Below, one piece after another: positions 52,956 through 64,000 of a DNA stretch of 64,000 bases (position 1 is the stretch's first letter; each line of letters begins with the position of its first letter). Position numbers and translations under genes: made by a program. This DNA is from Octopus vulgaris. Taxonomy: Eukaryota. The stretch spans positions 29,512,001-29,576,000 of the forward strand of contig OX597816.1 of NCBI GenBank assembly GCA_951406725.2, read 5' to 3'. The notes beneath the pieces were generated by a model, which did not search any database, was not told where the DNA came from, and saw nothing but the letters and a program-made list of their open reading frames with translations.

Positions 52956-53916
52956 CAATAAATGGTGGGCTTGTGTCTCCCGTTACGTAAACGAGTAGCG
53001 GTGCATAAAGAACAAATAAATCTCCCGGAATACCGACAAATTCCACTGAGCGACCACATAGACTCATGCGCTAAAGACATAAATCCCAAATTCTACATAT
53101 TCCCCTTCTACCAATGTAAAGACGGGATCACCACACAGGAGAGAATTAACAAGGAGAATATCTTTATTGAAAAATTCAAACACAACTTAATATGCAAACT
53201 CCTCGTTGATCATACTTCCTTTTTCTACCTCATTCTTCATGGATGGACTAACACAAATATATAAGGATACCATGCATTCATCACGTCAAGCTAAAACTTA
53301 TATTCTTTAAATATCATTTTTACTATTGTTGTTATTACTATCATGTTTTATTATATATGATATAACAATCTGAAATGTAATTATAAATTGGTTTATGCAA
53401 AGTTATATAATTAGAAAATAATATAAATAAAGTATTAAAATCTGAATGTTAAGTTAACAAACAATTATATAAAAAAGATAATGCAAATGAAGCTAAAATG
53501 ATAATTTTATAAGTTAAGGTTTATTAACACCTTTTATTACAAAAAATTGATAAACACAAATTGAAGAACTCAAAAGAGTTGTCTCCCCTTATTCACAACA
53601 CAGGAACTGAAGACTACAATTACTACTACTTCCTGTTTTGCCAACACCCTTAATTAAACTAAACAACACATGGTTTTAATCCCATTGGATCCTAATACTT
53701 CAAGGTAATTTTTTCGTGAACAATCATTAAACTCAAGATACACAAAGAATTCACAATGTATCGGAGTACTTATTTTTTAATTTTTGTACGTATTTATTAT
53801 TATTCTTTTGCAAAAAAACAATGCAATTTTCTTTTTTCCCCTTTCTCACTTTAAAAAAAAAAATTTTACCTCACAATTCTTGAAAAGTCACATTATGACG
53901 GAAACCGGTTTGAATT
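52956..53916 (+). mobile_element. Penelope-like element 3' remnant (GIY-YIG endonuclease C-terminus, 3' UTR, decayed HHR)
   Basis: LRKRVAVHKEQI...PLSDHIDSC...FYIFPFYQ...ERINKENIFIEKFKHNL has the R..H, H and R..E..I...(P).LN pattern of PLE GIY-YIG ends. HHR relic at 53875-53916. Flanked by microsatellites. Confidence 0.75.
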
Positions 53917-54005
53917 AATATATATTTATATATTTTATCAATTTCTCATTTCATTAAAATTTTCTTTCAATTTAGCATTCTGCATTTTTACAATTTTTCC
54001 TTGCT

Positions 54006-54121
<116 letters not shown>

Positions 54122-55149
54122 GATGGTTGTCGACTGTTTAATGGAATGTGACTTTCTCAAAATCGACAACTGGCAGAGTTCATACACAGGAACCAAACTA
54201 GTTAAAAACTAAAACACGCAAATTCACAAGTAATATGGAGTCAAATACAAGTAAAGTTCATAAACGTGGTCAATCCATTTCGTGCAAATTCACATTGAGA
54301 TTCCAGAAGAAAATTCAGTGAAATCTTATCGTTTAATTTTGCATGAAGAATCCGAGTAAGTACATTGCTAGCAGACGTTTAGCAGGTGATTTCCTTTTTG
54401 TGCTCGCGTTTGGTACTGTTTTCATCTTTCACACATCACAACTTATGTTACGCATTAATTTCGCTAAATAATAATCTCTAAACCGAAAAAGTCACTGCCT
54501 GTTCCTATTCCATTTATTCCTAACACTTTTCCAGGATTAAGTTTCCTAATACATATTGCAAACTCTTCAATTACAAATATATTATTCAATTCATAAATGA
54601 TTGATATTTGCTGAAAATAGGAGATAATATACTTAAAATCAGTATTTTGGTAAAATATTTTAGAAAAATGTTCTTTTTATCGTTTTACTGTACCTTCCAT
54701 TGATTTAATGTGCATATGCCCATTGCTTCAGTGGAAAGGTGGGATTCTTGAACCTTTGGAACAATATGCATTTTCTAAGATAGCATAAAACATGTTAGTA
54801 TTTGAGAATCAGCAGTTCATTGACTATGCTTTGACAAATCCCTCTATCAATTTTCTTTCCTATCTCTTATTTCTGTATGTGCCCATGTTTTAACTCGTTT
54901 CAGCTCATGTTGAATTTTTGTGCGCCTGAAAAAATGCTTTTCTGGGTACATACTTGTGTTGAAGTAGCTGAGTTATCTCTATTATTTTCAGCAAACCATC
55001 GAAGCAATCCCGATTATCACCTTCTTTGACAACCAAGGATTTCAGAAGAAACACAACTTATTTTGTACTTCTCCCCATGAATATGGATATAAAAAATATA
55101 AAAGTATAAATATATAAAAACATTAAATTAAAAAACATAAAAAATATAC

Positions 55150-55213
<64 letters not shown>

Positions 55214-55442
55214 TCGTGTATGGTCGTTGACCGGTGTCATGAGTTCGTCTGTCCTTCAACAAGCTTTCATATTTGTCCCGCACACTTCTCATCATATATG
55301 AGTGTGCGTCTGTGTGTCTCTGTGTGTGTGCCACATGCATATTTGTGCATGTGTGTGTGTGCGTTTACATTGTGTGAACTGCAAAGTTCATAGTCTGACT
55401 ATGAAGGAGTGATTCTAGAGCTGTGAAATCTTGATTGCATTA

Positions 55443-55443
<1 letters not shown>

Positions 55444-55530
<87 letters not shown>
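55444..55530. repeat. (GATA)n tetranucleotide microsatellite
   Basis: Directly visible. Confidence 0.97.
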
Positions 55531-58122
55531 GTATGCATCTACGTTCTATTTTACTGAAGCGGATAAACGTCACAAAACTTTACTCGGAGTTTCACATATT
55601 AGATCATCGGCCAGAAGTGAACTTTTAAAAGTAATCAGCGATTTATAAATGCTTATAACTGCCGCAATGATATTAACTTGATAACTTCTTAAACGTTTAA
55701 AGCAGATTTAACAGGGGCGTATTACTTCGAATGGAATCTGTTCCGTAATGCAATTATAAGTTGACGCAAAATATATAAACATTTAAAAGTTAAAGAAAAC
55801 TGAATTATGCAAATTGCATATGTACATTGTAGTAAAAATGATAACTGTTTCAAAAGAAAAGTTGTTTCAGAAATTTAGAATTTAAAAAATTAAATTATAA
55901 CAAACCAAAATAATGATGAATGATCTTCCCAAAGCAAATAAATGAATAGATTTATTTCAGCAAAAATGGAATGAAAGTCTGTAAGAGAAGAAGAAACCAA
56001 AAGAGAGAATGCGGAAATCGTATTGTTGAAAGGAAGATATAGACTAAACATTAATAAGTGATTAATTACATTGTCAGCTTGTTTCGGATGCTGACGTAAT
56101 GCATGTGTTTGTATATGCAGGTATATATATATATGCATAAACATAGGAGAGGGGGGGTCGTAAAAGCGTTTAGAAATCATTCATTTGATTGAAATTTAGA
56201 CAGAGAAATCTATGTGTCTATGTATACGTTTGACAGAGCAGAATTACACATGGTGAAATGTGCATTTATACGGATTTTAACTGAACAAATGCCCAACTCG
56301 ACGAGAGTATTATTCCTAATTTCAACTACAAAATATTCAATAAGCTTAAGAATGAACTTATATTTTTCGATTGAAGAATCATATTTAATACGAAATTTAG
56401 TCGTCGCAACTTTTCAAATGTTCCTCTTCATAAAGAATCTGGCAGTTTTGAGCCATACTGCAAGCTTAATAAATGGCAGTTCTACGTAAATAAGAATTCT
56501 AATTACCCGCCATATGTCCCTAAGAATATAGTTCACGATATAAGAGACTAAGTCCTCTCTTTTTCCGCTGTGGAGGCGGCCTTCGGCATAGTTTCATCTT
56601 ATAACAACGGTGCCGTTTGAATCAGCGTATCCTCTGAGCAGATGCATTCTGAGAGGAACAAAAAATAACGTCAGGATATTTCATTGAACTAGCAAGGGCA
56701 AGATTTTGGTGTTTAATCAAAAATAGAGTATCTATGTTTGTCCTGATCTGTCTAAAGGGAGCATAAATAATATAGATTTCTCCGCAGAAGCACACTAAAT
56801 TTTTTTTTTAAATTGCATTAAGAGCTTCGCCTTTTTGTTTTTTTCTCCAACAATATCAGAATACTTGTTGACTGGACATAGTCTACTGTGACTGCCGTCT
56901 TAATGGCAATCGCTGGATCAAAGTGGTAGTATATAGATATTCCATGTTTGCAATAGACCCATGCGTAAAACTTACATTGGTTCCACTGAAGACGGTCTGA
57001 TAACAGGCTTCTATGGGTCCAATAAAATGTTAATAACATAGGACAGTTCCTCAATAACGCTATAGATATGCCAACAGAAAGAAGTTGATTTGGCTCCTTT
57101 CAAAATCCACGATTTGATATTAGAATGAGCAAGCCTTTACATTCATGCTTCCTACTGCCATCCCATAAAATGATCCTCATTTTTAAGCGGGAAGGATAAA
57201 AATTGCAATTGGCTTCTAATTGGCTAAATTTCTTCCATATTTTCACATACATCTGAAATCGTTCGTTTTCTGTTGATCAGGTTTTCTTGTTTTGTTTATG
57301 GTTTCATCGCAAGTCACATGGACATTGAAATTCTAGGCGGCTTCGGATACAAAATATGACCGTCCCCGAAGTGTACGTCATAAGAGAATAACTTCTTATT
57401 TTGGCGATGATTGTGTTTAACACAATCAGCCCCTTTGCATTCGGAATGCTGGGACATCGGATGTTCGATAGTTGCGTCTTCTCAAAATGAAGCAGGAGGG
57501 CCTTTGAACCTAAAAGGAAGGAGCTCTCATGGGTGCTATCGATCTGCCAATTGATAAAAAATTGTTTTTTGTATTGTTTACAGTGGCATCTGGAACGGTT
57601 ATTTGCATAATTATTCTCAATGCATCCAGACAGCTTCACATTTAAATGAAATATGCTATACGTACCAGCATATTTTCCGTTTGAATCTGCCTATATCTGA
57701 TTACACAATAATAAGAATTTTAAAAGTTCAGTTTGGTTTAGGTTTAGAACAGAATGCCAGAGAATGCTTTCTCCGGACGATGTTTTTACACTAATTATGC
57801 TATGATTCATAGATGTGTGTATGTGTCTGTTGTTCGTGTGTATACGTGTGAGTGGACAAACTAAATAAGGGCACTCGACACATTTATTGGGTATTACATA
57901 TATGAATCAAAATAGTCTAACTCTAACTCCTTGGTACTCCGAGTTTCAAAGTGTGATGCTAATTGTCAACCATTGGAAATTTTAATATATATATACCTAT
58001 ATATATGTATATATATATGTGTGTGTTTGTATATATATTTATATATAATCATGTATATATATATAGATATATAAACATACATATATAGATATATTCACAT
58101 TCATATATATATATATACATTC

Positions 58123-58178
<56 letters not shown>

Positions 58179-58205
58179 TTATGCGCATAAACGTGTACAT
58201 ATATG

Positions 58206-58240
<35 letters not shown>

Positions 58241-59434
58241 TTACATAGATATATACATACTTGTGTTCTATCTGTTTGTATGCTTGTCTATGTCTGTGTG
58301 TCTACGTGTGTCTGAGTACACGTGTGTATTCAGATCCAAAGGTATACGCATTATAAATTGGATTTTTGTAAATCGCTGTATCTTTTTTCTGCAACTTACT
58401 GTGTTTATCATTATAGCGCTACACCAGTTTGTGAAAGGTTTCATCTCTAACTAGACTCAATGTTTATTGACATTTAAAATTCCTTTGTGTGGATACACGA
58501 AGGAATCCAGATCGGAATATTAACCACAGTGCCACCCCAAACATTACCTCCCCACATAGGTCCACATAGAAATGCAAATGCACTCCCACCCACTAACAAG
58601 TATGTGCTAGTCTCTTTTTGTGTGGATGTGTGTAAGAGAGAGATTGTGGGGGGTAGAGTGCTGTTTTTGCATGTTTTTGAATGTATGAATGTGTGTTTCA
58701 ATTCTCGAAACAACATCATATTGTTCAGTGCCGGGGCCAGCGTTTAATTGATAACTATGAAACAATAGCTGGTCTTGAAGTGTGACATTTAAGATGTTCT
58801 TTATATAAATAATTGGAGTTCTAATACAAACAGAAGACAATGAAATTTAAAGATGTAAAGTTTTGTATTGAAATTAACAAATTTCTCAAGTGGATTTTAT
58901 AACTGTTAAGTATATCAACTGTTTGCATCTAATTGTAGAAACAGCATGATTTGCAGTTATTGACAGAAAAACCATGAGAAGCTTACTATTTGTTTCCTTT
59001 AATGGGGTAAACTTTTATATTCCTAGTTTTGTTCTTTATATTCCCTTGTTTATTCTGTCAAGCCTTTGTTAACATTACTATCGCTATTTCATTAAAATAT
59101 AGACAATTTCCAATGCTTTTTGTATTTACGACTTTTCCTTCAATACATTACTTGTCAAATAATCCAAATAACCATAGGGATTGTTTACCAATTGGATATC
59201 CAACAGATTATTTATTGATTGGAGACTTCTACATTCACAAAAAGTATTTTCCACATTATGTCTATATTATGTCGTTATTCATCTCTTTCTTTTCACTTTC
59301 ACCAGTTGAAATCCAACATGTTTTCCGAGTTACACATATCCACTTTCACACCTTAACTTCCAAAACTTTTTTCAAATTACCTTTTGGCTTCATTTTATAT
59401 CAAGTATGGGGGGAATATTTATTAGTCTCTACTT

Positions 59435-59825
59435 AATAGTAAATATCTGCATAGTGCCAAGGACTCCAAAGTTGCCATCAAGATGTATGACAAGATACTG
59501 TGATAGCCTGGGCTTCCGAGGTCCACAGCTCTTCAATGTCCTCCCGAAGAACCTAAGAGACCTGCATGGGGTGGATGCAGATATCTTTAAAATGAAACTG
59601 AATCTCTTCTTGTCAGGTATCCCAGATGAACCAACTTCACGGCAGGAGGTGCAGATGAGGGCAGCTGCATCAAACTCTCTCATGCACCAAATGACAATTG
59701 CTAAAAAGCATTCGTGAAGTAAAATCATGTAGCAACACCAAATGGCGGTGCCCCAGCATGGCCACAGCTTGTGAGCTGAAACTATATAAATAAAAAATAA
59801 ATAAATAAATAAATAAAATAATCTC
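59435..59825 (+). mobile_element. 5'-truncated CR1/L2-group LINE 3' end with (AAAT)n tail and candidate TSD
   Basis: SLGFRGPQLFNVLPKNLRDL...FKMKLNLFLSGIPDEP, stop at 59717. tagtctctactt flanks both sides (59423, 59831). Confidence 0.85.
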
Positions 59826-59949
59826 TTTACTAGTCTCTACTTTCACAATTGTAATTCTGGAAATTTCTACTGGAAATATTATTAAGAATATTCGTGATTT
59901 AAATATCCTTGAATTTATTGATTTTCGTGTTCAAAATATGAAACTCGTA

Positions 59950-60826
59950 CAACGAAAGGGGGTAACCAAAAAACCGGAATCTTGCAGTAATATTTTATTC
60001 ACTTAGTTTTAAATGTTTATCGCTTTCAAAGTATTCTCCATTTGAAGCTCTGCATTGGCTTAGACATGCTTTCCACTGTTCGGAGCTGTACTGGAACTCT
60101 TCTGAAGTGATGCCTTTTAACGCCTCCATCCTTTTTTTATTCTTCACCACTTCCACATTTGCAAATTCCGTAGCACAAACCTCGTCGCCAGTGACACCCC
60201 CCAGAAAAGGTCCCGATCAACTTCCAACTGTTTGTTCAGTTCACGAAACGCATTCTCTCGCGACTGCTGTTGATCTCCCGTGAGCAGCCGAAGCATAAAT
60301 TTTGCTGCAACTCTTTTTATTCGCAATCCCTCGCTCAAAATTCGTTGGCAGGTGCTCCAGACTACACCCGTCATATCAACAAGCTCGTCAGTGGTTGGGT
60401 GACGACTATCTCAGATAAGTTTGTGAATTTTCGTGATGTTTTCATTCGTTCGGGAGGAAGACGGTCGCCCTGAACGAGGTTGATCCTCAAATAATAAGTG
60501 ACCATTTCTAAAACGTGAAAACCACTCATAAACTTATGTTTTTTCATGACAGCAGCCTTGCAAGCTGTTTGAAGCATAACAACTGTTTAGGCCGCCGTTT
60601 TCCCCAGCAGAAAATAAAATTTCACAGAGGCATGTTGTTCCTTCGTTTCAGTCATCGCAAAAATCGCCAAACGGGAGAGACTCACTGCAAAACGAAGACG
60701 CATTACATGGCAGCACAACCTGACCCGCCTGAGGATCGCATCAATTGGCTTCTAGAGGCGGAAGCCTGAATTTCAACGGACTTTTCCCCCAGAAAACGTT
60801 TCCGGTTACTTTTCGGTACCCTCGTA
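59950..60826 (-). mobile_element. Internally deleted mariner element
   Basis: Minus-strand VYEWFSRF, DQPRSGRP and CQRILSEGLRIKRVAAKFMLRLLT (HTH and linker). Degenerate TIRs tacgagggtaccgaaaagtaaccggaa and gggggtaaccaaaaaaccggaa. Confidence 0.85.
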
Positions 60827-61595
60827 TTTTTACAGAAATCATGAAAATATTACAAATGGTGTTTATCTAACATTTGGTCTCTCAATACGAACCACAATTA
60901 TACGTCTATTGGAAACTTCTACAATATCATACATAGTGGCTACACTTGTGCGTTACTTTTCGGCATACACAATCTATTAAAAATATCACAGTTTACTTAA
61001 TCTACATCTAAATCAACTTGCTAATATTAACAGCCAATTCCCCCTTAAATTGCAGTAAAGGCTGTAATTTAAGGGAGAATGTTAAAGCATTATGGTGTTT
61101 GTTCGGCTACTTACGTTCTGAATGCAAATCTTGTTGAGATCAAATTTGTACTCATCCCTTCGAAATCGTAAGATGAAGAGCTAATGAATTACTGCGGTTG
61201 AATTTATTCCAACCAAAGTTTCTGGACTACTTGTACGAGGAACATTAGTTACTGAGTTAATCCAAACGTTCTTTGGAAGTTCACTCCTGACAATTTGCAA
61301 CTTGTATTTTCATGTTATAGCATTAATTTGATACAACTTATTGTCCAATAGTTGCTTAATTATTTCTTTTTAATTTTACAACTTCGATAATGAGTGGTGA
61401 AATAATTGCAATTAGAACCATTTTACGCTTCCTATGGAAAAAATGACTGTCTGCAAGGGCAGCAGAAAACAAATTAACTTTGCGAATTCAGAACGTAAAA
61501 AAAGAAGACATGTCGCCAACAGATTTGTCCGGCGTGCTAACGATTGTCAACTGGGCCTTTAGCATGCTTGTTAATACTGCAACTGCTATTACTCT

Positions 61596-61626
<31 letters not shown>

Positions 61627-62589
61627 ACTATACTACTACTACTAAGTTTAAAAACTTAGACAGTTTTCTATGGTCGGATACACAAACGATCATTAGAAAT
61701 TTCGAAACTTTAACATCTAAAATTTTCTGTAAATATTTTACCTTTCTTTTTTCTTTCACCACTACTGAAATATGTAAATTTAACGTTTATTACAACAATG
61801 CTATTAAACGCACGATAAAAATGAAGGATAAAAGCAACTGCCGATGTATACAAACTGCACAATTACGAATACTGTAAACCACAACAAAATCTATAAAAAG
61901 AAAAAAATTCAACAGTGTTAATATCAGTATATACTATTATTTTTGTAATAGTAATTAAAACAGAACACGGTGAGTTGGCTCTCCCCAAGTTCAAGGTCAG
62001 AGCTCTCGGTGATCGCTGTAATAGTAAACATATTTGACCACCGTTGATCGTTGACCGCAAGGGTGCGACACTTCTTTTGTTTCTTGTTCGCGCAGGAATT
62101 CAAAGCCCCATTGTTGATCTCCTTCACACCATCTGACGAACCTGTTTACAGATTTATGGAATTTTGCTGTCTATTCACCAAGTCACTTCCCTTCCACCTA
62201 CTATCCCCTCCAATCCTCACGTATTTATGATCATCTCAAGTACAAGACAAAAGTCGAAACTAATCAACATTTAATAATACCACATAGTAGTAGGAGCAAA
62301 TATGGCAGACTTAACAAAATAAAGGATATATTGTCGCCATGGCTACAAAGGTTAGCCACAACGATACTGATCAAAGTACTACTGGTGGTACCTAGCAATG
62401 AACAATGCTGTAAGGGCAAGGTTAAAGTAATTGTAGCAGTATTAATGGTGAAGTTGACAACAATGGCAGACAAAACAACCGTCTCTACATCTGCCACACA
62501 GGTCTCAATGCTAATGATTTTAATGTAATACAAATATGTCTTACGAAACATAGAGAAAAACTACAAAAGTTCATAAAATCGCTTGTGCT

Positions 62590-64000
62590 ATGATTAATCT
62601 GAAAGCGCGTCTCCCAGGAGGGAGCCAGCCTGGGGTCGAAATGTCCGCCACTGGCACAAACTCTTATCTGTATACGAACCTGGATGGTCTCTTGAAGAGG
62701 ACCTGCTCCAGCCCCGCGCTCCAAGCTCACCATCACACCCACCACAGGAAAAAGAATGTAAGAGGATGATATGAACCCAAGAAGAGTATATAGAAGTAAT
62801 ATACGCATATTGCTATGCATTAGGTAGGCTATCTAAAGAGAAACATACAGCACACTCTTATCAAATAGAGAGAACACGAAAATAAATTAGCAAATGCTAG
62901 GAGGGATATCTTCAGAAATAAAAGACTCACAGATAATGAATAACCGCGATCAAGCACGCAGCGGAAAATGAACTAAATATACGACAGAAAGTTGAAGCGC
63001 GTGGCTTAGTGATTAGGGTGTCAGCACCATGATCGGAAGATAGTGGTTTCGATTTCTAGCCCGGGAGACGCGTTGTGTTCTTGAGCAAAACACTTCATTT
63101 CACGTTGCTCCAGTCCACTCAGCTGGCAAAAATGAGTAACGCTGCGATGGACTGGCGTCTCGTCCAGCAGGGGAACTCATACGCCATAGAAACTGGGAAG
63201 CCGGGCCCATGAGGCTGGCTAGAATTTAATATTTATTTATTATTATACGACAGAAAGGAAATGAAGAACAAGACGAAGAAAACAACTCTCCGGGAGTCTT
63301 TAATTAAAAGACTACCATCTGACGAGAACACGTAAACGTCTGAAGAAATAAATTGCAATGCACCTGATAAACATAGCGAGGTAAGTGCTAAAGTAACAAT
63401 ATTTGAAGACTACACTTTTACTGAAGAGCATAGAGAACCTATGATAGAACTGAAGTAGAAAATCCTGAATAAGCTTGAAGTTGTAAGATACGCTAATATG
63501 TATGATAGAGAAACAATTCATAAACTCTCAAATGCAATCCAAAATAGAAAACAAATTATAATTGTCTATTTAACAAAAGAAATTTACAAGAACTAAAACC
63601 AGATCTCATGCAGTTAACGAATTATTTATGCAGTTGCTAATACAATTGAAACCAGTTATATGCTTCTGAATAAACAAAGAAATACAAACCTGAGAAGAAT
63701 TCCAAACTGCAAAAGTAAAATTGAAAAAGAGATTGAAATAATGAGAGGTGAAATATCAACATTAAATGAGCTCATTTGTGAAAACTATGTAAAATCCAGA
63801 AAAGGAGAAAAGATGAAGGGAAAACACATTCTCACTAAGAGGAAGGCTTTCAATAAAGGAAACACTCCAACAAAAATCCAAACAAAAGATAAAAAAAATA
63901 CGAAGATTTGAGAAGAGAAATAAGTTTTACAAGCAAAATAAGCTGTTCATATCCAATGCGAAAACATTTTACACATTACTAGGGAAGGAGAATATAACAT
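62590..64000 (+). mobile_element. 5' portion of a decayed R4/Dong-like LINE, interrupted by a SINE and running off the window
   Basis: TQEEYIEVIYAYCYALG, LNELIYAVA, KIEKEIEIMRGEISTLNEL and IRRFEKRNKFYKQNKLFISNAKTFY resemble the pre-RT region of R4/Dong ORFs. Confidence 0.65.
62992..63243 (+). mobile_element. SINE family C-related copy with 14-bp TSD
   Basis: tRNA-like head gtggcttagtg...gtttcgatt and core gcgatggactggcg. TSD tatacgacagaaag at 62978-62991 and 63244-63257. Confidence 0.88.

Noticed and set aside
56800-57640. Possible DNA-transposon ORF relic or exon
   Set aside because: No motif I can assign confidently; frames are broken.
62485-62820. 111-aa minus-strand ORF with a signal-peptide-like start
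   Set aside because: Antisense to the purine-rich 5' region of the R4/Dong-like LINE.

Overview
AT-rich, microsatellite-dense eukaryotic intergenic or intronic DNA with no convincing host protein-coding exon. The SINE families and (TA)n/(CA)n load resemble an octopus (coleoid cephalopod) genome; this is an inference. Most ORFs in the track are microsatellite artefacts. The window is a mosaic of three SINE families, non-autonomous Helitron-like elements, three mariner remnants, and R4/Dong-, RTE- and CR1-like LINE fragments plus a Penelope GIY-YIG remnant. The main result is a set of non-coding ~440-500 bp elements carrying type I hammerhead ribozymes (HHRs), mostly inside or beside (TA)n runs. 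They include a 3.8-copy tandem array of a ~491-bp unit (28600-30470), a 438-bp monomer with 25-bp terminal redundancy (11957-12419), a 497-bp 1.5-mer with an inverted end (50564-51394), a perfect fold-back with 220-bp arms and two HHRs (38012-38453), and several decayed copies. Three of these loci share conserved motifs and look like one retrozyme-like (circular-RNA, Penelope-mobilised) family. A SINE is also split by a ~2.3-kb nested insertion carrying an unknown ORF. All calls come from reading by eye; no searches or folding programs were run, and many boundaries are approximate.
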